A stretch of DNA of 64,000 bases, taken from contig SORU01000003.1 in the NCBI GenBank assembly GCA_004402915.1, positions 15,718 to 79,717 on the forward strand. The letters are read 5' to 3'. This DNA comes from Fidelibacterota bacterium MT.SAG.2 (lineage in GTDB: Bacteria > Fidelibacterota > SORT01). The notes under the pieces were generated by a model. The model made no database searches. It was not told the DNA's origin and saw only the letters and a list, made by a program, of their open reading frames with translations. Both the position numbers and the translations under genes were made by a program. Shown here one piece after another: positions 48,127 to 57,698 of the stretch (position 1 is its first letter; the number at the start of each line of letters is the position of its first letter).

Positions 48127-49206
48127 ATGATATCACGAGCACCTGCAAGAGTATGTCTGCTTGGGGACCATCAGGATTATCTGGGGCTTCCGGTGATAGT
48201 TGCAGCTATAGATATTTACATTGAAATATCGGCTGAAAGGAACTATTCAAAGCTTTTTCGAATTGATATGCCTGATATCGGTATGTCGAGGATGATCTCT
48301 CTGGACGAGAGATTTGAAACCCTTGAACCAAGAGATTACTTTGGTTCGAGCCTCAAGGTGTTGAGGGGATACGGATGTAAGCCCGATTTTGGTCTCGATC
48401 TAAAAGTCAGCGGCGCAATACCCATTAGTTCAGGAGCATCAAGCTCCAGCGCCCTCGTTACCGCTTGGATCAACCTGCTCTTGAATATTTATCCATCGGA
48501 ATCAGAGTTAACACCTAAAAATCTGGCTCGATTGGCGTATGAAGCAGAAGTTTTAGAGCATAGTGAACCTGGGGGTATGATGGATCAGTTCAGCATTGCA
48601 ATGGGAAACGTAATATATATAGAAACGACTGGTGACTATCAGATCATTGAACTCGCAAAAAAGATGGACGGGTTGATTCTCGGAGATTCCAACGCACCCA
48701 AGGATACTCTATCGGTGCTCAGCCGCGGCAGAAAATCGGTAAATGAGGCGATAGATCAGATCCACGAATTTTTCCCCGATAAGGCTATTAACGAAATAAA
48801 GATCGGTGATCTGCCTGAGCTGCTTCCCCTCGTCGACGATGATAAACGGCCGTATCTCGACGGCGCAGTATTAAATCACTCATATACAGTCGAGGCTCTG
48901 ACCGAATTCAATAAAGAATCACCCGATTTCGAGAGGATCGGATCTCTAATGAACAGGCATCATTCGGTACTCAAGAATAATCTAAGGCTTACGACAGAAA
49001 GGATCGATTTGATGATCGACGCAGCTCTTGAGGCTGGCGCTCTTGGTGCGAAGATAAACGGCTCCGGTGGAGGCGGCACTATTGTCGTACTTGCTCCGGG
49101 TCGAGAGGAAGAAGTTATTGAATCAATTAAGCAAGTCGGAGGCAAAGCGTACAAGGTCAACGTAGACAGCGGGGCGGAGGTCAGCGGAGGAATTGCCGAT
49201 GCATGA
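48127..49206 (+). CDS. GHMP-family sugar kinase (galactokinase-like)
   Basis: 'APARVCLLGDHQDY', 'PISSGASSSSA' and 'GAKINGSGGGG'. Confidence 0.85.
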   Translation: MISRAPARVCLLGDHQDYLGLPVIVAAIDIYIEISAERNYSKLFRIDMPDIGMSRMISLDERFETLEPRDYFGSSLKVLRGYGCKPDFGLDLKVSGAIPISSGASSSSALVTAWINLLLNIYPSESELTPKNLARLAYEAEVLEHSEPGGMMDQFSIAMGNVIYIETTGDYQIIELAKKMDGLILGDSNAPKDTLSVLSRGRKSVNEAIDQIHEFFPDKAINEIKIGDLPELLPLVDDDKRPYLDGAVLNHSYTVEALTEFNKESPDFERIGSLMNRHHSVLKNNLRLTTERIDLMIDAALEAGALGAKINGSGGGGTIVVLAPGREEEVIESIKQVGGKAYKVNVDSGAEVSGGIADA

Positions 49207-50074
49207 CACACTGATTATACTTGCAGGCGGACTTTCCTCAAGGATGAAATCTTCAGAAGCATCTCCGGAATTGACAATGAGCGAAATAAAGCAGGCGAAC
49301 AAAAGAGAGAAGGGCATCATACAAGTTGGGAAGAAAAGGAGACCTTTTCTCGATTATCTCCTCTATAACGCCCAGAACGCGGGTTACACAAAGATTATTA
49401 TTGTTACCGGAGAAGATAACAATCTCTTCAGAAGGTTTTATGGTTTCGCTGATTCAGGAAATGATTTTCATGGTCTTGATATATCGTATTCGATTCAGAA
49501 AATTCCGGCTGGCAGAGAAAAACCGCTCGGAACAGCCGATGCGTTGCTTTTGGCGCTTGAAACATATACTTATCTTAAGGAAACGGAGTTTTCCATGTGT
49601 AACAGCGATAATTTGTATTCCGAAAAAGCACTCAAAATGGTAATGGCGGAGGATAGTCCGAACACTTTTATCGCATACGATGCTGAGACGCTTTATCTAC
49701 CAACAGAGAAGATATTAAGATTCGCTGTCACCCTTGTAAACGAAGCCGGCTACTTGACAGATATCCTCGAGAAACCCATCAGTGCCGATCTAAAGAAATT
49801 TGGGGACTCCAATGGAAGAATCCGTGTAAGTATGAATCTCTTTAAATTTAGCGGCGCTTCGATTTACACATATTTGCTGAAATGTCCGGTCAACGAGATA
49901 AGAGGCGAAAAAGAAATTCAAACGGCAATAATCAATATGATAAGGGATTTTCCAGAATCTATGATTTCTATCCCGCTCGCTGAACCCGTGCCGGATCTGA
50001 CTTATAAAGATGATATAGCCGATGTAAGTGCGTTTCTCGATGAGATGTATCCAGTTCTCGAATGGCCATCCTGA
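49193..50074 (+). CDS. Sugar-phosphate nucleotidyltransferase
   Basis: 'LIILAGGLSSRMK', 'KPLGTADA' and 'NSDNLY'. Confidence 0.82.
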   Translation: MPMHDTLIILAGGLSSRMKSSEASPELTMSEIKQANKREKGIIQVGKKRRPFLDYLLYNAQNAGYTKIIIVTGEDNNLFRRFYGFADSGNDFHGLDISYSIQKIPAGREKPLGTADALLLALETYTYLKETEFSMCNSDNLYSEKALKMVMAEDSPNTFIAYDAETLYLPTEKILRFAVTLVNEAGYLTDILEKPISADLKKFGDSNGRIRVSMNLFKFSGASIYTYLLKCPVNEIRGEKEIQTAIINMIRDFPESMISIPLAEPVPDLTYKDDIADVSAFLDEMYPVLEWPS

Positions 50075-50701
50075 GTGCCGAAAAATAAAGAAAAAATGAT
50101 TGAAGTCATAGTATTTGATTTAGGTGGCGTTATAGTGAATGTGAACTTCAAATCGCCACTGGGTAAGTTATTCGATAATTCCGGAGCGGTGAGTAACACA
50201 TCAAAAGATGAGTCTAATTTTTCTAAATTATTGCGACAGTATGATATGGGAATAATAAGCGCCGGAGATTTCCATGAAAAAATTATTGATCATCTTGATA
50301 TAGAGCTATCTTTCGATGAATTTATAAGAGCCTCAAACGATGCCATTGAAGCGGGAGACGATGGAATTGAAAGCATCGTTAATTCTCTTTCCAAAAAATA
50401 TAAATTGGCGATTCTTTCAAATACAAACCCTGTGCATTACGAATATATAAAAGAGAAGTATTTGATTATCGAATTATTCGATCACATTTTACTATCGTAC
50501 GAGATGGGAACAGTGAAACCCGATGCCGCAGCATATGAAAAGCTGATAAAGACAACTTCGGTGTTGCCTTCTCAACATCTGTTCATTGACGATAGGATCG
50601 AAAACATCTGTGCTGCAAAAGAGATTGGTATGGACGGTATTCATTACATATCTATCGAAAATCTTAGAATGGAGCTGAAGAATAGGGGAATCATTCTATA
50701 A
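50075..50701 (+). CDS. HAD-family phosphatase (YihX-like)
   Basis: 'VFDLGGV', 'ILSNTN', 'KP' and 'FIDDR'. Confidence 0.88.
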   Translation: MPKNKEKMIEVIVFDLGGVIVNVNFKSPLGKLFDNSGAVSNTSKDESNFSKLLRQYDMGIISAGDFHEKIIDHLDIELSFDEFIRASNDAIEAGDDGIESIVNSLSKKYKLAILSNTNPVHYEYIKEKYLIIELFDHILLSYEMGTVKPDAAAYEKLIKTTSVLPSQHLFIDDRIENICAAKEIGMDGIHYISIENLRMELKNRGIIL

Positions 50702-51828
50702 AGAAAAAATATAAATTAGGCATTATTGGTTTCGGCGGGTTTGGAAAATTTCTATATCAAGCCTGGTCAACTCTTGACAGCATAGAAATTGTAGCCGTCG
50801 CGGATCTGATTCATCAAGAATCAGATGATCCTGCAATTAAATTTTATGGAGAATGGGAGGAGCTGCTTGCTAACGATGAAGTAGATATCGTCTCGATAGC
50901 CACACCACCGTATATGCATGCTGAGATAGCGTGCTCAGCAATGCAGAACGGAAAGAATGTGATCATAGAAAAACCACTGGCTCTCACAGTAGAAGATGCA
51001 CATAAAATTATCTCTACACGCAATGAGACGAATGCTAATGCCACAGTCGATTATATGATGAGATTCAATCCTATCATCGAAGTTATTGCGGGCTGGAAAG
51101 AAGTTAGACCATTCGGAAAACTAAATAGAATAGTAATAGAAAATTATGCACAGGATGAGGCATTACCTCAAGACCATTGGTTTTGGGACAAGAGTCTCTC
51201 CGGCGGGATATTGGTTGAGCATGGCGTCCACTTCTTCGATCTGGTAAATTTTATATCAGGCAGTGATGTGAAGGAGGTGCAGGGTTGGCAATCAGAACGG
51301 GATGATAACAGGGTCGATAAAGTATTCGCGAATGTAGAATATGAAAACGGATTATTAGCCTCATTTTACCACTCGTTTTCGCGTCCCGGAATATTCGAGG
51401 AGACTTCAATTCGATTATCTTATGACCTTGCTCAAATCGAACTAAACGGATGGATATCAATTAACGGAGAAATTGCTGCTTTATTGAATGAAAATACGTT
51501 CAGAGATCTGAAAAAGCTTCCCGGAATAAAAATTAGTGAGAAACATCTGATAAACGAAATCACGGATGAATCGAGACCGGAGGGATGGGGTGATATGAAT
51601 ATTGATAAAAAGAAGGGAGTTGTTCGGTCAGGCGGCAGCGAATACAAAGTTGACTTTTTGGTTAAAGCTGAATTTAAGTTAAATAAAAACAAATCGGAGA
51701 TATATAAGGACTCTCTGCGGGAATTAATGACGGATTTCATCTCAGTGATAGAAGGAGATGATAGAATCCAAACAGTTTCACTTGAAGAGGGACTAAAAAG
51801 CTTAGAAACCGCAATTTTAGCATCTTAA
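50698..51828 (+). CDS. Gfo/Idh/MocA oxidoreductase; start probably ATA at 50698
   Basis: The frame is open from 50686; 'KKKYKLGIIGFGGFG' lies about 70 codons upstream of the first ATG (50914); 'IIEKPLA' and 'HGVHFFDL'. Confidence 0.8.
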   Translation: MKKKYKLGIIGFGGFGKFLYQAWSTLDSIEIVAVADLIHQESDDPAIKFYGEWEELLANDEVDIVSIATPPYMHAEIACSAMQNGKNVIIEKPLALTVEDAHKIISTRNETNANATVDYMMRFNPIIEVIAGWKEVRPFGKLNRIVIENYAQDEALPQDHWFWDKSLSGGILVEHGVHFFDLVNFISGSDVKEVQGWQSERDDNRVDKVFANVEYENGLLASFYHSFSRPGIFEETSIRLSYDLAQIELNGWISINGEIAALLNENTFRDLKKLPGIKISEKHLINEITDESRPEGWGDMNIDKKKGVVRSGGSEYKVDFLVKAEFKLNKNKSEIYKDSLRELMTDFISVIEGDDRIQTVSLEEGLKSLETAILAS

Positions 51829-51909
51829 TTATTCAGATATCAAACCAGTTTAAAGTTTAATTCACGAAGATAGAAATTTAATGATTTTCAATCTGTAAAT
51901 ATTTTTTAC

Positions 51910-51960
51910 TTGACAAAAATGTAAAACTAAGTATATATTTATCGAAGCGGTTCGATAAAT
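51910..51960 (+). promoter_or_regulatory. Promoter and LacI-type operator of the glycan locus
   Basis: TTGACA 51910-15, TATATA/TATATT about 51932-39; palindrome ATTTATCGAA-GCGG-TTCGATAAAT (51937-60) with AANCGNTT core; partial second site AAGCGATTCGA at 52010-20. Confidence 0.8.
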
Positions 51961-52019
51961 AAGATTTTGCAGTCGCTAAACAATAAATATAACAACATAA
52001 ATAACATAAAAGCGATTCG

Positions 52020-53069
52020 ATGAATTATACAATTAGGGATGTGGCTCAAAGGGCAGGGGTATCTCAATCTACTGTTTCATTAGTAATAAATGACAGGGCT
52101 AATGTATCTCCCGAAACCCGCAGAAGGGTGCTTGATGCCGTTGATGTCCTGGAGTATCATCCTCGCCATTCCGCGAGACATCTCGCGCTCGCTAAAGGGG
52201 GAAGCATCGGGTTTGTTTTGACAGAGCAGTTCTTCAGAGTCTCGGAACCATTCTATACCAAGATACTCTTAGGAGCTGAATTTGAAGCGGCCAAACAGGG
52301 TTTTTATACTCTTCTCAGCAGAGCTAAAGAACCGTTCGAATATCCGAAAGACATACCACGGTTTTTGCTTGATCGGAGTGTGGACGGATTGATAGTAGCG
52401 GGCAGAGCGCCAAAAAGATTACTGAAATTTATTAAAGAAAAGGAAATTCCATGTGTGTTGGTAGATTTTAAGCTACCATCTTACAGTACCAATCATGTTC
52501 TCATTGATAATTTAAGCGGCAGCAGAGAAGCCATGAATCATCTAATATCCCTTGGTCATCAGAGAATTGGATTTGTAGCAGGATCTTCTACTCATCCAAG
52601 TATCCAGGAAAGGTATGAGGGATATCGACAGGTAATGTATGAAAACTATGGTGACTCAATAAGCGATATTGATAAATTAACATACCTTGACGAGGAAGAG
52701 GCATCACCCCAAATCGGAAGAGAGGGAGCATTGGAATTATTGATGTTGACAGATTCTCCTACGGCTATATTTGCGTGTAATGACGCGACCGCTGTTGGTT
52801 GTTATAAGGCAGCTAAGGAGCTTGGTCTTTCTGTACCGGATGATCTTGCGATCATGGGGTTTGATGACGTGGATGCGAGCACACATCTTGATCCTGATCT
52901 CAGTACTGTTCATATATATAAAGCAGAGATGGGAAAGGAGGCTGTGAGGTCCTTGGTAGATTGCTTGGAAAATCCGGATCAGCCTCTAAAAACGAAAATT
53001 ATATCGACAAAACTTATGATAAGGGGCTCCTGCGGTGGCGAAAGAACACCCGAGATCAACTATTTCTGA
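52020..53069 (+). CDS. LacI-family transcriptional regulator
   Basis: 'TIRDVAQRAGVSQSTVSLVIN' HTH; 'PTAIFACND' and 'GFDDV'. Confidence 0.95.
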   Translation: MNYTIRDVAQRAGVSQSTVSLVINDRANVSPETRRRVLDAVDVLEYHPRHSARHLALAKGGSIGFVLTEQFFRVSEPFYTKILLGAEFEAAKQGFYTLLSRAKEPFEYPKDIPRFLLDRSVDGLIVAGRAPKRLLKFIKEKEIPCVLVDFKLPSYSTNHVLIDNLSGSREAMNHLISLGHQRIGFVAGSSTHPSIQERYEGYRQVMYENYGDSISDIDKLTYLDEEEASPQIGREGALELLMLTDSPTAIFACNDATAVGCYKAAKELGLSVPDDLAIMGFDDVDASTHLDPDLSTVHIYKAEMGKEAVRSLVDCLENPDQPLKTKIISTKLMIRGSCGGERTPEINYF

Positions 53070-55074
53070 TAATCTCCTTTTCAAGAATGCCAACGGAGAG
53101 AAAATTTATTTGTCAGGCGTAAACTACTGGCCCCGGAGTACGGGTCCGCTAATGTGGTCGAAATGGAATCCCGAAGAGATCCGAAAAGAACTGATCCAGA
53201 TGAAACAGTTAGGAATGAATCTTAACCGTTCATTCTTATATATTCCTGATTTTATGCCAACTCCGGATAAAATCGAGCAAGACATGGTATCAAAATTTAA
53301 TTTATTTCTTGATATGTGTTCGGAAGAAAATATTTTAACCATCCCTACTTTTTTTGTGGGACATATGTCCGGAGAAGAGTGGGATTTTCCTTGGAGAAAT
53401 GGCAGAAGCTTGTATGAAGATGAATATATGCTTGAACGGCAAGCATTGTTCGTAAAGGAAATTGTCAACACAGCAAAGGATCATAAATCGGTTATCGGTT
53501 GGCTATTTTCTAACGAGATGCCGAATCATGGTGGTGAAGGACCTCGGGAAAGCGTTAAATTATGGGTAAAAAAAATGACAGAAGCTGTCCGTTCAACCGG
53601 GGATAAAAGACCAATCAGTCCGGGTGATGGCGCATGGAGCCCTGAAATATGGGGCAACGCAACAAAATGGTACTTAAATGATATATTAGATCAAATAGAT
53701 TTTATCGGTCCGCACATATATCCGTTTGATGATGACACGTTAAGACACTCATACAATCCCGCGTTCGCCATCAAAATGGCAACAGCCTTAGGAAAACCTG
53801 CAATTCTTGAGGAGTTTGGAGCCTCAAATACGATGGCGTCTGAAGAAAATCAAGGCGCATACTTCAGAACAACACTTAATAGTGTATTCCTAAATGGCGG
53901 AGTTGGAGCATTAGGATGGTGCTACTCTGATTTTGACTTGGAGTATCAAAGACCATACTCGCATAGAGGATATGAATTGCAATTTGGAGTTACTCGGGCT
54001 GACGGAACAATAAAACCGAGCGGAGAAGCGTTCATTCAGCATGCGAAACTGCTTAAAAAGATAGATTTATCAGCCACATATATTCATGAAGACCCTGTAG
54101 CAATATTAATTCCAACATATTATCACCATGACTATGATTATACTCCTGATGATAGTTCTGAAATGAAAAATAATTTTAAACAATGTTTCATCGGATTAAA
54201 ACAAAATGGAATAAATCCGCATTTTATATACGAGCCGTCTATCGATTGGAGTAAAGTAACGATGGAGGATAAGCCTCAAATAACCGGGAATCCTGAAATT
54301 ATATTTTCTCCTGCCACAGCGAGATTAACCGCGCCTTATTGGAGGGCGTTGATCGAGTTTGTTGAAAAAGGGGGGTGGCTCTATATTTCTTATAAATCAG
54401 ATGGATGGATACATCTATTTGAAGAATTATTCGGCGCAAAGCATAATTTAAAATTTGGTTTTGTGGATCTGCCGAATGGTGATTTGAATATCAAATTTAT
54501 ACAGGATTTCGGAACTCTAACCGTTGAAGACAGTTTAAAATTCAATACCAATAACTTAAATCGGAGTTGTGCTTACTGTCCAGTTGATGTCACTGAAGCG
54601 GAAGTGATAGCTGTAGACAACGATGATAGACCGGCACTGTTGATGAATAAGATTGGCAAAGGCAGAGTGATATTTTCTACATATCCTTTGGAATATTATG
54701 TATCGAATAACAGGAACGGCTCACAGTCTCAACCGCTCAATACTTTGTATGGCGCTATTTGTGCGGCAAGAGGAATTGATCCACCTTTAAAAATGAATAA
54801 TTCAAATGTTGAGATGGGAATCTTAAAGAACGGCACTGAATCGATCTATGCTTTTCTTGTAAATCACTCATGGAATGAAGAAAAAGTAACTATCAGAACA
54901 AAAAATAAAATAAATGATATCCAGATGACATTATCCGGGGAGAATATACAGCCCGTAGAAAATTCTTTGGAGATAAGTTTGGCTCCCAAGAATATCGAAC
55001 TCTTGGAGATTTGGACTGAAGAGAAAATGCCAAAAAGGGAAAGTGAACAATCAATCGCATACATGGAGGAATGA
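53035..55074 (+). CDS. Cytoplasmic GH5-like (clan A) glycoside hydrolase, beta-mannosidase-like, with GH42-type C-terminal domains
   Basis: 'GVNYWPR', acid/base 'FSNEMP', nucleophile 'ILEEFG' and 'GALGWCYSDF'. No signal peptide. Confidence 0.72.
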   Translation: MAKEHPRSTISDNLLFKNANGEKIYLSGVNYWPRSTGPLMWSKWNPEEIRKELIQMKQLGMNLNRSFLYIPDFMPTPDKIEQDMVSKFNLFLDMCSEENILTIPTFFVGHMSGEEWDFPWRNGRSLYEDEYMLERQALFVKEIVNTAKDHKSVIGWLFSNEMPNHGGEGPRESVKLWVKKMTEAVRSTGDKRPISPGDGAWSPEIWGNATKWYLNDILDQIDFIGPHIYPFDDDTLRHSYNPAFAIKMATALGKPAILEEFGASNTMASEENQGAYFRTTLNSVFLNGGVGALGWCYSDFDLEYQRPYSHRGYELQFGVTRADGTIKPSGEAFIQHAKLLKKIDLSATYIHEDPVAILIPTYYHHDYDYTPDDSSEMKNNFKQCFIGLKQNGINPHFIYEPSIDWSKVTMEDKPQITGNPEIIFSPATARLTAPYWRALIEFVEKGGWLYISYKSDGWIHLFEELFGAKHNLKFGFVDLPNGDLNIKFIQDFGTLTVEDSLKFNTNNLNRSCAYCPVDVTEAEVIAVDNDDRPALLMNKIGKGRVIFSTYPLEYYVSNNRNGSQSQPLNTLYGAICAARGIDPPLKMNNSNVEMGILKNGTESIYAFLVNHSWNEEKVTIRTKNKINDIQMTLSGENIQPVENSLEISLAPKNIELLEIWTEEKMPKRESEQSIAYMEE

Positions 55075-55075
55075 T

Positions 55076-57595
55076 ATGCAAAAAATTACAAATATAATTG
55101 CGTTAACAGCATTTTTGCTGTTTGCGGTCAGCTCGGTTTTCGGCCAGAATCTGATGTCGGAAGAAATGGCTGGCTTCGAAGGAGGCATCGCGAACTACTT
55201 TGCTAAGGATGCAGGTGGAGCGACGCTTACATGGGCAACAGATGATTTTCGCACTGCGAACTACTCCTTAAAGATAGAGAAGACAGGCACAGGAACCGCC
55301 TCGCGGTGGGTTGCGGGTGACCTGTACAGATACTGGAGTGTGGGTGTCGCGCCTGACGTTGCTATGGAGATAGGCGGCTGGGTGAAGACATCGGGTGTAA
55401 ACACGAGTCCAGCTTCTGATGCAGAGAAGATCCAGTTGAAGTTTACGTTCTTTACTGCGGGAGTCGATATACTTGGAGCTCCTGTAGTATTAGATGTAGA
55501 CCAGACGAGCGCGACATCGGCAGGATGGATGGAAGTGAAGAACGATTTCGCCTTAGCGCCGTCACAGACAGCTGATTCGATCAGAGTCGAGTTTGTTTTC
55601 GGCAGCGGCGCTACGGGAACAGCTTGGTTAGATGATATATTTATTCGTGCTACCGGAGATGGATGGGCGGGTGATTTCTTTAACCCGAACGTTGACGCAC
55701 CCACAGGTTGGTTTTACTGGTGGGCTGATTTTTCTGCCGGTAAGTCTGAATGGGACACTTCAGTTGATTATGTAGTCTCAGCTTCTGATGCGTTTGCTCA
55801 CAGCGGAACATATTCAGCCTATATAGAGGGACAGGCGGGTCGCACGAACGATTTCTTTATATCTACCGACATCATGCCTATCCCGAACGAACCGTTAGTT
55901 ATCAGCGCTTGGATGAAAGGAGTTGGATTAACTGCTGACTTAACAAATGACGGTCCGGACACATGGGCGACGGGATTCAAGATTGGGTGGCACAATGTGG
56001 ATGACGGCAGAGATGCTTGGGGACATTTTGCCGAGGATAACAGGTTCTTTACGGTTCCCGGTGATACGTTTGACTGGACACCATTTGCAACGGTGGTGAC
56101 ACCACCCGAGGGAGCAATAGGTTTAAGTCTTCGTCTATGGGTAGGTAAGGAGTTTCTGGGCGCAACATATTGGGATGACGTAGCGGTTACTCCTCTATCT
56201 CAGATGACAAATGAAATGCCGGAGGTAGCAGCAGGTCTTGAAGGAGGCATCGCGAACTACTTTGCTAAGGATGCAGGTGGAGCGACACTTACATGGGCAA
56301 CAGATGATTTTCGCACTGCGAACTACTCCTTAAAGATAGAGAAGACAGGCACAGGAACCGCCTCGCGGTGGGTTGCGGGTGACCTGTACAGATACTGGAG
56401 TGTGGGTGTCGCGCCTGACGTTGCTATGGAGATAGGCGGCTGGGTGAAGACATCGGGTGTAAACACGAGTCCAGCTTCTGATGCAGAGAAGATCCAGTTG
56501 AAGTTTACGTTCTTTACTGCGGGAGTCGATATACTTGGAGCTCCTGTAGTATTAGATGTAGACCAGACGAGCGCGACATCGGCAGGATGGATGGAAGTGA
56601 AGAACGATTTCGCCTTAGCGCCGTCACAGACAGCTGATTCGATCAGAGTCGAGTTTGTTTTCGGCAGCGGCGCTACGGGAACAGCTTGGTTAGATGATAT
56701 ATTTATTCGTGCTACCGGAGATGGATGGGCGGGTGATTTCTTTAACCCGAACGTTGACGCACCCACAGGTTGGTTTTACTGGTGGGCTGATTTTTCTGCC
56801 GGTAAGTCTGAATGGGACACTTCAGTTGATTATGTAGTCTCAGCTTCTGATGCGTTTGCTCACAGCGGAACATATTCAGCCTATATAGAGGGACAGGCGG
56901 GTCGCACGAACGATTTCTTTATATCTACCGACATCATGCCTATCCCGAACGAACCGTTAGTTATCAGCGCTTGGATGAAAGGAGTTGGATTAACTGCTGA
57001 CTTAACAAATGACGGTCCGGACACATGGGCGACGGGATTCAAGATTGGGTGGCACAATGTGGATGACGGCAGAGATGCTTGGGGACATTTTGCCGAGGAT
57101 AACAGGTTCTTTACGGTTCCCGGTGATACGTTTGACTGGACACCATTTGCAACGGTGGTGACACCACCCGAGGGAGCAATAGGTTTAAGTCTTCGTCTAT
57201 GGGTAGGTAAGGAGTTTCTGGGCGCAACATATTGGGATGACGTAGTCATAAGTAAATTGGGAGGTCCACCGCCTGTTGGAGTTGTTCCGGAACCGGAGTT
57301 CTTAGCAAGTGTTCCGAAGAGCGTGGAACTACTTCAGAATTATCCGAATCCGTTCAACCCATCGACAATAATAAGGTATGGTGTGCCTAAGGCATCCGGC
57401 GTGAAGGTGGAGATATTCAACCTTCTCGGTCAGCACGTTATTACCTTGGTTGACAGGAATCAGATTGCCGGCACTTACGAGGTGACGTGGAATGGTAACA
57501 GTGCATCCGGTAATATCGTAACCGGCGGCATGTATTTTTATCGACTCCGAATAGGCGACACGGCATTGACCAAGAAAATGCTACTTCTAAAATAG
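55076..57595 (+). CDS. Secreted protein with four CBM-like (jelly-roll) modules and a T9SS type-A tail
   Basis: SD GGAGGA 55065-70; signal peptide; Trp-rich modules ending 'WLDDI'/'YWDDV'; 'QNYPNPFNP...TKKMLLLK'. Confidence 0.75.
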   Translation: MQKITNIIALTAFLLFAVSSVFGQNLMSEEMAGFEGGIANYFAKDAGGATLTWATDDFRTANYSLKIEKTGTGTASRWVAGDLYRYWSVGVAPDVAMEIGGWVKTSGVNTSPASDAEKIQLKFTFFTAGVDILGAPVVLDVDQTSATSAGWMEVKNDFALAPSQTADSIRVEFVFGSGATGTAWLDDIFIRATGDGWAGDFFNPNVDAPTGWFYWWADFSAGKSEWDTSVDYVVSASDAFAHSGTYSAYIEGQAGRTNDFFISTDIMPIPNEPLVISAWMKGVGLTADLTNDGPDTWATGFKIGWHNVDDGRDAWGHFAEDNRFFTVPGDTFDWTPFATVVTPPEGAIGLSLRLWVGKEFLGATYWDDVAVTPLSQMTNEMPEVAAGLEGGIANYFAKDAGGATLTWATDDFRTANYSLKIEKTGTGTASRWVAGDLYRYWSVGVAPDVAMEIGGWVKTSGVNTSPASDAEKIQLKFTFFTAGVDILGAPVVLDVDQTSATSAGWMEVKNDFALAPSQTADSIRVEFVFGSGATGTAWLDDIFIRATGDGWAGDFFNPNVDAPTGWFYWWADFSAGKSEWDTSVDYVVSASDAFAHSGTYSAYIEGQAGRTNDFFISTDIMPIPNEPLVISAWMKGVGLTADLTNDGPDTWATGFKIGWHNVDDGRDAWGHFAEDNRFFTVPGDTFDWTPFATVVTPPEGAIGLSLRLWVGKEFLGATYWDDVVISKLGGPPPVGVVPEPEFLASVPKSVELLQNYPNPFNPSTIIRYGVPKASGVKVEIFNLLGQHVITLVDRNQIAGTYEVTWNGNSASGNIVTGGMYFYRLRIGDTALTKKMLLLK
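55178..57245 (+). repeat. Intragenic tandem duplication: 55178-56183 and 56240-57245 (1006 bp each, period 1062)
   Basis: By-eye comparison found one difference (synonymous ACG/ACA Thr near the 5' end); unique 56-bp linker. Confidence 0.95.
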
Positions 57596-57613
57596 GAAAA
57601 GTATAAAATAAAG

Positions 57614-57660
57614 GTGGGGAGGTCTGTCGTATTATATTATAATATGGACAGGCTTCCCAC
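57614..57660 (+). promoter_or_regulatory. Intercistronic hairpin between the CBM gene and the TonB receptor gene
   Basis: GTGGGGAGGTCTGTC ... GACAGGCTTCCCAC arms (with G.U pairs) around an AT-rich loop; no clear U-tract. Confidence 0.5.
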
Positions 57661-57698
57661 ATCTGATATAGGGGATCGGTACAGATAGTTATCAAATA

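Noticed and set aside
53035-53069. Fourth near-cognate start for the GH5-like gene
   Set aside because: GTG 53035 has a plausible SD (AAGGGG, 8 nt upstream), so no exotic start is needed.
55261-56766. Two identical 147-aa minus-strand ORFs (55261-55704, 56323-56766)
   Set aside because: Antisense shadows of the duplicated + strand gene.
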